From Chiloscyllium plagiosum (lineage: Eukaryota): DNA of 64,000 nucleotides. Shown here piece by piece: positions 50,701-63,200 of the stretch. The position numbers and the translations under genes are program-made. The DNA lies in assembly GCF_004010195.1 (NCBI RefSeq), contig NC_057752.1:7914835-7978834 (forward strand). The letters run 5' to 3'. The notes beneath the pieces were generated by a model, which saw only the letters and a list, made by a program, of their open reading frames with translations, was not told where the DNA came from and did no database searches. The first letter of the stretch is position 1. Every line of letters begins with the position of its first letter.

Positions 50701-51880
50701 GTATCTGATCAGCTGAAACAGACTTAAGTGGGACACTCTGGAATGTCCTGTGGCTGTGAAAGGTACTATTATAAATGAAAATTCTTTCCTCTAACATTCA
50801 GCCTGGGTCATGCTGTTCATATTTTGATTTTTTAAATTTGACAATCCCACAATTCGATAATCAGATCTGCAAGGATTCATCTTTAATTCTAATAGAAACT
50901 TACAATATTGTACGACTTTTGTATAATGATACATTATTTGGATTTTGTTCCTTTTGAGTATTTTGTTCCTTTTGAGTATTTGTATATAAAAATGGTTTAA
51001 AAGACTACATCGTAATATTTGATCAACAGTCAAGAGTAATCAATATATATTGAAAGACATGGTCAGGCAAGATAATGTCAACTATTGATAATCAATTTTA
51101 GTGTTCATACCTAAGGTTTCTTTTTTAAGGTGGAGTTAAACTTCAGGTGCAATGTTTGAAAGTTTACATCCAGACAGTCCTTAAAGTCCAGGTTTCTCTC
51201 TGGTTCAGTTAGTGCAATTTGATGATTTCATTCTGGTTCCTGATTTTTCTTTTAATTAGTTCATGGGATGTAGGTGGGGTTACTAGCTAGGCCATCATGT
51301 ATTGCTCATCCTTCATCCTTTGAGGAGGTGGTGAGGTGCTTTCTTGAACCACTGCAGTCCTTGTGGAAATATAGTGCAGTTAGGGAGGGAGTTCCAGGAT
51401 TTTGACCCAGCAACACTGAATGAATGGTGATATATTTCCAAGTCAGGATGGTGTATGGCTTGGAGGGGAACTTGCAGAGGGTGTATTTATTGCCCTTCTC
51501 CTTAAGCTTACTGCTCCTCTTCTTTGTATGTCAGTCAGGAAATGACGGGACTGGTCTAAGTAGTAAAAACCAACCAGCTATTTATAATTTACATTCTTCA
51601 ATATCTAGAGCTTTCATTTCATATGAATTATGTAGCCATTATTTTGTTTGTTACATGATAAGTGTGATTGCTGTTGATATTTTCAACTAAAATTACATTT
51701 ATTAAAGAAAAAACATAACTAGCATAAAACAAACTGCTACTTTTGCTAAATGTATAGTTCCACAATAGCACATTGTGATTTGAGCACTTGAATATGTAGC
51801 TCACTTAAATTGATAAAGTGGAATATTCCTGCATGTACATGTATTACTATATAATAAAGAGTGAAAATCCATATATAATC
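47701..51880 (+). other. Putative 3' UTR of ESYT1 (end uncertain)
   Basis: AT-rich and poor in CR1 after the stop codon. AATAAA candidates near 49445, 49871 and 51853; the last is followed by a T-rich tract. Confidence 0.4.
48629..48767 (-). mobile_element. Penelope-type terminal fragment (family A), 12-bp TSD, in putative 3' UTR
   Basis: ccctcgctcacc at 48617-48628 and 48768-48779. Confidence 0.75.
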
Positions 51881-52645
51881 AACCTTTAGTTTATAGTTTT
51901 GATTATTTATTCCATCTTTGCCTGGGTATCTTGGCTCAGTGGCAGCACTCTTGTTATCAAAAACTTGTGTAATTAAGCCAGAGACTAAAGTACATAGTAT
52001 TTTGCCTTTTCTAAAGTACAGAATTTAGGTTGCTATTTCAGGCAGGACTTGAAGAAATGAATCAACATGTAACCAATCTTTATGTAAATAATCCATTTGT
52101 TGCAAAGCAGCATGCAAACATCAGCTGCTTGCTAATTTACATGCTTGTACTACTTAAAGCAAGCCAGCAATGCTGAAAGATGAGATGCATTTCGGTTGAG
52201 CAGACATTAGAATGCACTGCAGAAGTAATTTGGACCGGAAAGACCAATGACATTACATGGAAGAAAGCAGGTTCTTACGGACTTTGACAGCCCTAGAGGT
52301 CTGAGTGCAGGAGATAAACAAAGCACAGGGAGGGAGACAAATTCTGAGAAGTCAGTGGGAGCTGACATCCATTGAGGTCAATGCTAGCAATGGACAAGTG
52401 GTTAAGGTCAGTGAATGCACCTTAAAGTGCCACATTCTGTCAACTGTACCACTAGCCTCACACTACACAATGCATCATACCCCCTTCATTTACCTATCAA
52501 TAATTTCTATCAAGCAAGAATCATAATTTCACAGCTTCACCTCACACACTTAATATTGCTGCAAGCCTCTTAGGTATCTCACACTTTTAGCACTTGGTGC
52601 CAGCTCTTGAACCATGACAATGACCAGGCTCATCATATCTCATCC

Positions 52646-53385
52646 ATTATGTATAGTAAAATAAAACAACACAGAAACAAATTGTTTAAACACAGCAATT
52701 CACATTTATCCACCTTAAACTATCTAATCTATTTGTAAATATTGAAATCCACTGGTTTAACAAAATCCTATTTACCTAAATAGGATCTCCACTGCACCTC
52801 CAATAAAAGTATTGACAGTGGATTCAGAGAACCCAAGGAAATTGCAGGCTACTGTCTCTGCTTCAACTCCTAACTCTAGTGGCGAAAGTGAGTACTGCAG
52901 ATGCTGGAGATTAGAGTGGTGCTGAAAAAGCACAGCAGGTCAGGCAGCATCCGAGGAGCAGGAAAATATTTTCTGATCATCATTCCTGATGAAAGGCTTT
53001 TGCCCGAAAAGTCGATTTTCCTGCTCCTCGGATGCTGCCTGACCTGCTGTGCTTTTCCAGCACCACTCTAATCTTGGTTCTAACTCCAGTGGTCTATTGT
53101 AACGATATTTCCCCATTATCTGTCCTAAGTCTTAGATTACATAATTAAATGCATCTGTCTATGCAATCATAGTCACAACGCAGAAACAGACCCTTCAATC
53201 CAACTCGTCCATGCTGACCAGGTTTGCTAAACCGAACTCGTCCCATAATCTCTATAAATCTTTCCTATCCGTGCACCTGCCCAAATGCCTTTTTAAATGT
53301 AATTTTACTCACCTCCACCACTTCTTCTGGCAGCTCGTTCCATATAAGCACCACCCTCTGTGTGAAAAAGTTGCCCCTCAGGTCC
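52646..53385. repeat. Inverted duplicate of 20430-21400 (includes a family A fold-back at about 52883-53076)
   Basis: Direct reverse-complement comparison. Confidence 0.93.
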
Positions 53386-54830
53386 ATTTTTAAATCTTTC
53401 CTGTCTCACCTTAAATCTATGCTCTTCATGGTTTTATCAACCTCTATAGTGTTGCCTGTCAGCCTCCTACCTGCCTGTCCAGCCGCTCCTTATAACTCAA
53501 ACCTTGCAGATTTGATAACATCCTTGTAAATCTTTTCTGCACCCTCTCACAAGTTTAACAACATCCTTCCAATAGAAAGGCAACTGGAATTGAATGCAGC
53601 ATTCCAAAAATGATCTAACCAATATCTGTACAGCTGCAACATAATGTCCCAACTCCAACACTCTGTTCTCACCAATGAAACCAAGCGTGACAAATGCCTT
53701 CTTCACCACCCTGTCTATCCGTGACACCACTTTCAAGAAACTATGTACCTGCACCCCTAGGTCTCTGTGTGACAACACTCCCCAGGGCCTTACGATTAAA
53801 CTGACAAGTCCTGCCTTGGTTTTTCTTATCAAAGTGTAACACCTCACATTTACCTGAATTAAACTCCACTTGCCACTTCTTGGCTCACTGGCCCAGTTAA
53901 TCAAGATCCCACTGTACTCTTAGATAACTTCCTCATCATCCACCAAAACATCAATTTTGGTGTCATCTGCAAATTTCTAAACATGCCTCCCATGTTCTCA
54001 TTCAAATTTTATATAAATGATGGAACAGAAGTAGACTCAGCACCAATGCTTGTGGCACACTGCTGGTAACAGGCCTCTGGTATGAACAACTACCCTCCAG
54101 CACTACCCTCAGTCTCAAACCATCAAGCCAAATTTTGTATCCAATTGGCAGCTCTCCCTGGATCCAGTGGATTTAACCTTACTAATCAATCTACCATGCA
54201 TAACCTTTTCAAAGGCCTTTCTAAAGTCCATGCAGACAATGTCTACTGTTGTGCCTTCATCTATTTTCTTGGTCACCTCTTCAAAAAACTCAATCAAATT
54301 TGTGAGATGAGAATTCCCACATACAAAGCCATGCTGATATTTCCGAATCAGCCTATGCACATCAAAATCCTGTCTCTCAGACTCTCCTCCAATAACTTAC
54401 CCACCACTGATGTCAGGCTCACTGGTCTTTGCTCCCTGACCTTTCCTTACGGCCTTTCTTAAATAATACCATGACTTGGAGGTGCCAGTGTTGGACTTGG
54501 GTGGACAAAGTTCAAAATCACACAACACCAGGTTATAGTCCAATAGGTTTATTTGGAAGCACTAGCTTTCGGAGCGCTGCTCCTTCAGGAGGTCGTCCTT
54601 CAACAACCTGATGAAAGCGCAGCGCTCTGAAAGCTAGTGCTTCCAAATAAACCTGTTGGACTATAACCTAGTGTTGTGTGATTTTTAGTTTTAAATGATG
54701 CTGCAATATTAGCCACCCTCCAGTCTTCTGGCACTTAACCCGTGGCTGTCAATACAAATATCTCTGCAAGGGGCTCTGCAATTTCTTCCCTAGCTTCATA
54801 CAATGTCCTGGCATACACTTGATCATATTT
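53165..54830 (-). mobile_element. CR1, interrupted by a family B fold-back at about 54470-54690
   Basis: ORFs 53497..53904 and 54115..54360 (YQHGFV, MDFRKAF). Confidence 0.88.
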
Positions 54831-55199
54831 CACGGATAGTTCACTGGTTTGAATTTAACTGTTCTTCAGTGCATTCTTCGTAATAATACCTGAACCAATC
54901 TGCGTACTCTTCTCACACAGTATAAATTTTGTTCCTGTGAGATTTGGTAATTGCGGGTCAGGTAGCTGACTTGACTTGACAGCTGGCTTATGATACAGAG
55001 TGATGCCAACAATGTGAGTTCAATTCCCACAATGGCTGAGGTTACCATGAAGGTCACACCTTATCTTACAATTCTGGTCTGATAAGATAAAGCCAAAAAG
55101 TATGGTTCTTTTTCTGCAATATTCAAAAATAACATAACATTTTAAGAAATATTTGTTGAGATAAAGACTTCATGACAGCATTTGGAGAAGAGCAGGCAA

Positions 55200-55390
55200 G
55201 ATCGAAGTACTGGCCAGAATATATCTCTCAACCAACATCATTAAAACATATTATCTTGTAAGTGTCATACTGTTGTCTATGGGACTGTGTGTGCAAATAG
55301 GCTGCTACATGACAACAGTTCAAAAGTACTTAATGGGCTGTAAACAACTTTGAAATGTTTTTAAAGGAACTATACAAATGCAAGTTCTTC
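55200..55390 (+). mobile_element. DeuSINE/SacSINE1-like relic
   Basis: caaccaacatcattaaaaca, tgtgcaaataggctgc and caaaagtactt...ggctgtaaa...aaatgcaagt resemble the Deu-domain SINE consensus as recalled. Confidence 0.55.
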
Positions 55391-55864
55391 TTCCTCAAGA
55401 CAGAGAAATTTTCTATTCAGGGAATGTGGAGCAAAAGGACATAATCTTAGAGTTAGAACTAAGATATTAGGACTGAAATTTAAAACTCACACCCCAAAGT
55501 ATTACCTAAAGTTGGATCAATTAAACTTTTCAAAATTAAGATCAATAGAATTTTGTGGGATAAGGTATCAAAGTCTTTGGAACAAAAGGAATTAAATGGA
55601 GTTGAGGTCAAGATCAGCCCTGATCTAATTAAATGTCACAATATACTTGAGGGGCTTAAATGGCTTACTTCTGTCCCTATGGTACTTTAACTGCACTGTC
55701 AGAAAATCACCCTTTAATGCAGTTTCATTTTTTTCATTGTTAGAAAGCTTATGGCTTCTGCAGTTGGAGGTTCCAATTGTTCACTCAATTGTTCCAAAAT
55801 AAAGGTAAATTTACATTACATATGCCAGAACGTGGAATTCAGAAATGGCATTCCTCATGTCAAG

Positions 55865-55963
55865 GTTTTAGTCAGAGTGGTGCTGGAAAAGCACAGCAGG
55901 TCAGGCAGCATCCGAAGAGCAAGAAAATTGACATTTCGGGCAAAAGCCCTTCATCAGGAATAG
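55865..55963 (-). mobile_element. Penelope-type terminal fragment (family A), 15-bp perfect TSD
   Basis: attcctcatgtcaag at 55850-55864 and 55964-55978. Minus strand ctgatga-agggcttttgccc-gaaatgtc. Confidence 0.8.
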
Positions 55964-57504
55964 ATTCCTCATGTCAAGTTAACCCCAAAGTAGTGCTTGC
56001 AGGCTGTGCATCACAGCAAATTGTTGGCACCATGCTGATAATAGCGTAATTACAATTAGCAGAGAAAAGTGACTGTTATTGCATTAGTCTAGGTTGAATC
56101 CATGAGGGTAAGTAGTAGTATTCTAATCAATGTGCATCTAACTCTGCTTAAGCGTAATGACTGATTCCATTCATTCTACACCTAGTATTGTGTCCAGTCC
56201 TTGTTCTCGATAATCAGTGGATAGGTTCAGAACTATTTTTGAATAACACATGGGTAAATACAGCAAGGCAAATAATTCTATGACACAGAAACAGTCTAAA
56301 CAGACCAACAGGTCTAAGCCAGTGACAATGTTCAGCCCAAGCTTCCTTCACTTTACTTAATCTCAACATATTAACATCATTCTATAACTTTCTCCATCCT
56401 GTACTTATCTAGTTTCCCTTTAAATGTATTGATGAAATGCATAGCCTTTTACGTTTGCTTTGGATTATGGCTTAGCAGAACCTGTACCTAATGCACTTTT
56501 ACACTAAGTGATCCATTAAATCACTAAAAGCATTGTCCTAAAACCAAATTAAAAGCAATTAGCAGCAAATTCCAATTTAATGGCTCTCTACATTAGAAAT
56601 GTAGAGAGCCATTAATTGTAAAACTTGGTTCTTGCAGCGAATCAATGAATAATGAAGGCTGTTTCAGACTGGGCGTGCCCAGAGCAAAGAATTAAATGAG
56701 ACCAAAGCTGTTGAGTTCAACTCACTGCACTCAAGCATCAAGTGGAGATCAGAAGTAAAATACAAGGTGAGTACAGTTCTTTGCATTAAAATATTGGATT
56801 CAAATTGCAAAACTGCTGATCAGGAAACAAAGTTCAGAATTAACCTTTCAGTATCTTGCTTAGCTCATCCTTGTTAAAAATAAATTTGTCATATTGACAC
56901 TGTTACAAAAATAATAGCATTGAAATTTGGTCATGGACACCTATTTTTCAGAGGGCTATAAAGCCTGCAATATGGCAGGCAGCACATGCCCATTACAAGC
57001 TAGAATTGTGCTAACTGTCATTTTAGTAAATGCTAAAAGAGGGTATATCGTGCCTGGATCTGAAACCGAACGATGCAAGGTTTTACTGAACTTTTTCATG
57101 CATACAGCTGAAGGATATAAAACATCAAGGATTGATTGAGTAATTTCATTAAGTGAAACTGTAAATTAATTCAAACCTTCTTATGCATTCACATGTACTC
57201 TTAGACCCTGAGCCAAAAATATAATTGGCTAGATTATAGTTTATTTGTATTTTGACTTAAATTATATGACATGCTTTAAGTTAAGCTTCAATAGTAATCA
57301 ACACCTATTAAGACCCTCTTCAAGCTTTAGGTGATTGACTGATAAATGGTAGCAAGTTAAAATTAGAGGCACAATGTTTGAATGTACAAAGCATTGGTGA
57401 TTAGATGAATTAATGGCACCAATAGAGATAAACAGAATTAATCTAAAAGCCATTATAGAGAGACAAAAACTATGCAATCAATTTGGCAATTAAATATTGC
57501 AGGA

Positions 57505-57852
57505 TATGGTAACACAATGGTTATCACTCCTGCCTCACAGTGCCAAGGACCTGGGTTCAATTGCAGCCTTGGGCAACCATCTGTGTACAATTTGCACATT
57601 CTCCCCGTGTCTGCGTGGGTTTCCTCTGGGATGCTCCAGTTTCCTCCCGGAGTCCAAAGATGTGCAGGTCAGGTGGATTGGCCATGCTAAACATTGCCAT
57701 TATAGTGTCCAGAGATGTGTGGGTTAACCATGGTAAAAACCATGTGGGGTTATAGGAATAGGGTGTGGGTCTGAGTGGGATGCTGCCAGGAGGGTTGGTG
57801 CAGACCTGATGGGCTGAATGGCCTCTTTCTGCACTGTCGGGATTCTATGACT
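57505..57852 (+). mobile_element. HE1-type SINE (older)
   Basis: tgcctcacagtgccaaggacctgggttcaatt, core, and gattctatga tail. Confidence 0.85.
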
Positions 57853-58486
57853 TGATGCTTTGAAAAGACTGTCAAATGGAAAAGCAGGGATCACTGATCA
57901 CTGAGAATAACGTAAGAAAAATAATGAGAAGAATCTTGGCTCGAAGGAGGAAGCCGTTGAATCAGGATAGGTAGAGTTGGGAATAACAAGAGATGAGAAA
58001 ACACTGGTGAGAATATTACAGGGTATGAGTCCCTGTAACAGTTACACTGTTGGACAAAACATTGATGAAGAAATAGGAGGAGTTTGTAACAAAGTAGCTT
58101 TATAAACCACAGGGAGTTTGATCTCATAGAATGGACAAATTAAAATTGACAGAAGTAGTTCCATAGAATGCATCTGAGCCAGTTTGCAAGCGCAACATAT
58201 TATGGAGCCAATCAGGAAAGGGCTATTTTAAATGTTTCCTTGTGCCTTGAAACAGGGTTAAATTGTCATATTGAAGTTACAGCTGCTTTAAAATGATAAA
58301 TTTCACAGAATTGTCATAATGCAGGAGGAAGCGATTCAGCTCATTGTGCTTACACTGGCTCTTCAAATGAGCATCATTATCTAGAGCCAATCTCCTGCCT
58401 TTTCCTTGTACCTCATTTCTATCTCCAAAGAACTATCTAATGGTCTCCTGAATGCCTCAATTGAACCTGCTTCCATCACACTTCCA

Positions 58487-59465
58487 AACTAGACAGGCAG
58501 GAGGCTGGAAGAACACAGCAGGCCAGGCAGCATCAGGAGGTGGAGAAGACAACATTTTGGGTGTAACACTTCTTCAGGACTGGGGATGGGTGTAAGGGGG
58601 AGCTGCAGATAAAGGGAGTGGTGGGGGGCAGGGTGGTGAAGTGGGGATAGGTGAAGACAGGTAGAGGGTGCGACCTGGTTGGTCAATAGGAGAGATGAAT
58701 CTAGTTGGTGGCAGGAAGCAGTAGAGGGAGGGGGAGGGGCTGGAAAGGGAGTCAGGGGAAGGGGAGGGAGGTTATTTGAAATTGGAGAACTCCATGTTGA
58801 GTCCTCCGGGCTATACGCTGCCCAGATGGAAGATGAAGTGTTGTTCCTCCAATTTGTGGTTTGGTTTGTTGTGGCAACGGAGGAGGCAGAGGATGGTCAT
58901 GTTGGAAAGGGGGTGGGAGGGGAATTAAAATGATTGGTGACTGGGAGGTCCGGTCGGCCCCTGCAGGCCCGGCTGAGATGCTCAGGGAACTGTTCCCTTG
59001 GTTTACTTTTGGTCTCCCTGTTGTAAAGAAGACCACATTGGGAGCACTGGATACAGTAAACTAGGATGGACGAGAGGCAGGTGAACCTCTGTCTCACCTG
59101 GAAGGACTGTTTAGGGCCCTGGTTGGAGGTGAGGGAGGTGGTGTGCCAGCAGGTAACTCAACATTGAGTTCTCAAATTTCAAAAAACCTCCCTCCCCAGT
59201 CCCTCCTCCTCCCTTCTACTGCTCCCTGCCACCAACCGGGTTAATTCCTCCCATTGACCAACCAGGTTGTACCCTCTACCTGTCTTCACCTATCCCCACT
59301 TCACCACCCCCTTTATCTGCAGCTCCCCCCACACGCATCCTCAGTCCTGAAGAAGGGTTACACCTGAAATATCAACTTCTCCACCTCCTGATGCTGCTTG
59401 GCTTGCTGTGTTCTTCCAGCCTCCTGCCTGTCTATTTTGATTCCAGCATCTGCAGTTTTTCTGTC
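58487..59465. mobile_element. Penelope-like element remnant with GIY-YIG endonuclease fragment, inverted arms, 15-bp TSD
   Basis: ORF 58897..59097(-) FTCLSSILVYCIQCSQCGLLYNRETK...EHL. tccatcacacttcca at 58472-58486 and 59466-59480. Confidence 0.85.
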
Positions 59466-59480
59466 TCCATCACACTTCCA

Positions 59481-60280
59481 GGCAGTGCATTCGTACCCTG
59501 ACTACTCACTGTGAAAATGATTTTTTTCTCACCTCACCTTTGCTTCTTTTGCAAACGCTGAAAATCTATGCCCTCTTATTCTGCTCCTTTTATGAGTGGG
59601 TACAGCTTCTCCTATCTACATTATCCAGGCCACTCATCATTCGAAAACCTCTTGTAACTCTGCTCTGAGCTTACTTCTCCAAGGAGAACAGTCTCAACTT
59701 ATTCAATCTATCCTCATCACTGAAGTTTTTTATTCCTGGAACTATGCTTGTAAATCACTTCTGCACACTCTCAAATGCATTCACATCTTTCCTATAACAT
59801 GACACTGACAACTGTACACAATACTCCAGCTGAGGTCTAACAAGTGTCTTATACAAGTAAAGGACCACCTCCTTGCTTTTGTACTCCATTAGTTAAGCAG
59901 AGGACACCGTGTGCTTTCTTAATTGCTCTCTCCAGCTGTTTCCACAGATCTTCATTGAGCTGTGCACATATGCACCCAGGTCCCTCTACTTCTGGACCAC
60001 CTATAGAATTGTACTCCCTATTTTATATTATCTTTCAATGTTTTTCCGACTAGAGTGTATCACGTCACACTTCTCTACATTGGACCTCATCTGTCATTTA
60101 TCTGCCCACTGCACCAACTTATCAATGTCCTTTTGGAGTTCATATTTCTCAGTTTACAATTTCAAGTTTCATGCCATCTGCAAGCTTTCAAATTGTCCCC
60201 TGCATACCAAGATCCAGCTCATTAATGTATACTAGGAAAAGCAAGGGTCCTAATTCTGACTCCTGGGGAACTCTGCACTG
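59481..60280 (-). mobile_element. Old CR1 (its 3' end lies at about 58300-58471, split by the Penelope insertion)
   Basis: Decayed ORF2 C-terminal homology that continues across the insertion. Confidence 0.75.
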
Positions 60281-60299
60281 AGTGCTGCTTAGCTAAAAA

Positions 60300-63200
60300 A
60301 GAGTGCTCTGGGTGAAAATAGTGAGTTAAGTCAGATGGGGAGTAGGTGAAGCTAAAAGATTGAGTGTGGGTGGATATAACTGGGGAGGGAGGGGAAAGGT
60401 ATCTCAGAGGAAAGCAGCATCAGCCAATTTCATGGTAGCACAGGTGGCTCTGTTGCACAGAAGGGGAGGAAAATGATCAGCACGGCTATAGTGATAAGGG
60501 ATTCAATAGTAAGGGATACAGACAGGCGCCTCTGTGGCCGCATTTGTGAATCAGAATGGGATGTTACTTCCTGGTGCCAGCATCGGGGACGTCATGGAGC
60601 TACGGCAGGACATTCTGGAGCGAGAGGGTGAATAGCCAGTGATTGGGGAACACATAGGTAAACAAAGAGATCTGGACCTTAAAGCTGAACATAGGAAGTT
60701 AGGTAGTAAATTAAAATGGAGGACCTCAAATGTAATAATCACAGGATTACTCCCAGTGTCATGTGCTAGCGAAAGCAGGTATAAGAGGATAGATCCAATT
60801 AATGCATCACTGGAGAAATGGTGTCACAAGAAGAAGCTTAGATTCTTGAGGCATTGGGACCATATCTGTGGAGGGTGGGACCTGACTGGTTGAACATGGA
60901 TAGAGCTGAGATGAATATCCTCATGGGGCTTTTACTAATTTTGTTGGTGAGGTTTTAAACTAGCATGGCAGGGGATGGGAACAAAAAAGTAAGCTTAGAT
61001 GGGTCAGATTCGGATCAGGAAACATGAGGTAGAGTATTATTTAGTGATGTCGTCACCGATGGTAAGGTCCTCGGGAGTGCTGCTGAACAAAGAGACCTTT
61101 GAGTGCAGGTTCATTGCTCCTTGAAAGTGGAGTTGCAGGTAGATTGGATAGTGAAGAAGGCATTTGGTATGCTTTCCTTTATTGTTCAGAGTATTGAGTA
61201 CAGGAGTTGGGAGGTCATGTTGCGGCTGTATTGGACATTGGTTAGGCCACTGTTGGAATATTGCGTGCAATACCTGTCTCCTTCCGATTGTGAAACTTGA
61301 AAGGGTTCAGAAAAGATTTACAAGGATGTTGCCAGAATTGGAGGATTTGAGCTTTAGGGAGAGGCTGAATAGGCTGGGGCTGTTTTCCCTGGAGCTTCGG
61401 AGGCTGAGGGGTGACCTTATAGAGGTTTACAAAATTATGCTGGCAGGTGGGACTAGATTGAGTTGGGATATCCGGTCGGCATGGAGGGGTTGGACCGAAG
61501 GGTCTGTTTCCGTGCTGTACATCTCTATGACTCTCTCTCTCTATGACTTGGAAAAACAAAAACAAACTAGGTTTAAAAGCATCCAAAGGAAATTGGGGTT
61601 GAGTTGTTTATACAAGGAGTATTACAAAGAAGACAGGTGAACTAAGGGCACAGACAGATACATGGCAGCACAATGTTGCTACAACAGAAACCTGGCTAAG
61701 GGAGGGTAAAATTGGCAGTTCAATATCCCAGAATGTGGAGTTTTCAGGCAGGATAGTGTGTGACCAAAAAAAGGAGGGAGATGGCAGTATTGGTTAAAGA
61801 ATGAATTACAGTTGAGAGAAGGTACGATAGACTGTATGGGTTAACAAATGAGGTTTTACGGGTTGAATAAAACAAAGGGCAGTCACATGGCTAAGAATAT
61901 ACTACAGACCCCCAAGTAGTGACGGGCAGATGGAAGAACATGTATGTAGACAAAATTTTACCTGTCGGAAATAAGAGGCAATAACAGGAGGAGATATGTA
62001 CTATCCGAATATCAATTGGGCTTCAAACAATATAAAGGGCACTGAGAGTGAAAAATTCAGATATTGTATCCAGCGATTTTTATTTTTAAACAATACGTGA
62101 CAAGCCTATCGAGAATAGATGCAATTCTGGATTTATTTTGGGAAATGATCCTCAAGTGGGTGACTATTTCGGGGATAATGATCATAATTCGGTTAGATTT
62201 AGTATTACATTACATACCCTACAGTGGGGAAACAGGCCCTTTGGCCCAACAAGTCCACACCAACCTGCCGAAGCGTAACCCACCCATTTCCCTCTAACTA
62301 ACACACCTAACCTCTGGGCAATTTAGCATGGCTAATTCACCTGACCTGCACATCTTTGGACTGTGGGAAGAAACCGGAGCATCCAGAGGAAACCCACGCA
62401 GACAAGGATATCTGAACACAGACAGTCGCCCGAGGCTGGAATCGAACCTGGGACCCTGGGGCAGCAGTGCTAACCACTGAGCCACCGTGCTGCCCTGAAT
62501 TATTATGGAAAGGGACAGAGAAAAATCAGGAGTAACAGTTTCTAACTGGGGGAAGGCAAATTTTATAAAACTGCGAAGTGATTTGGCGGAAGTGGATTGG
62601 ACAGCACTGCCAAAGGATAAATCAGTGGGAAACCAGTGGGAGGCGCTAAAAAGTGAGATCCTTATAGCATAAAGCAGATATGTCCCCTCCAAAAATAAGA
62701 AAGGTACTGCCAAATCTAGACCCCCATTGTTTTATGGAAAAATACAGGGGAAGATTAAACAGAAAAAGAAAGTTTATGATAGTCACTAAAAACTCAAAAC
62801 TGCAGATAGCCTATAAGCATGTAGAAAGTACAGGGATCAAGTTAAAAGAGAAACAAGGAGATCAAAGAAAGAAAATGAAAAATATTAGAAAGTAAGATAA
62901 AGGAAAACCCAAAGATAGTTTGTCAGTATATAAAGAGGAAAAGGTTGGATCAGGAAAAAATGGGACCTAATCAGAGATGAAGAAGGAAACTTGTGTGAAG
63001 ATGCAGAGGAAATGGTACGAATTTTAAATGAATTCTTTATTTTCACAAAGGAAAGGGATGATGCGGATATAGTAATCCAAGACGAGCAGTGTGAAATCCT
63101 GGACAAAATAATCATAACAAGAGAGGAAGTGTTAGAACATAGAACATAGAAGAATACAGCGCAGTACAGGCCCTTTGGCCCTCGATGTTGCGCCGATCCA

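Noticed and set aside
50942..50977. 18-bp tandem duplication (also 21 bp at 19241-19282, and a (tg)n tract near 18137)
   Set aside because: Ordinary slippage-type duplications with no evidence of function.
56638..56766. Coding exon of a downstream gene (good AG and aag|gtgagt sites)
   Set aside because: There are stops in all three frames from the better acceptor. The open 99-nt sub-segment lacks a polypyrimidine tract and resembles no protein I recognise. A non-coding exon is not excluded.
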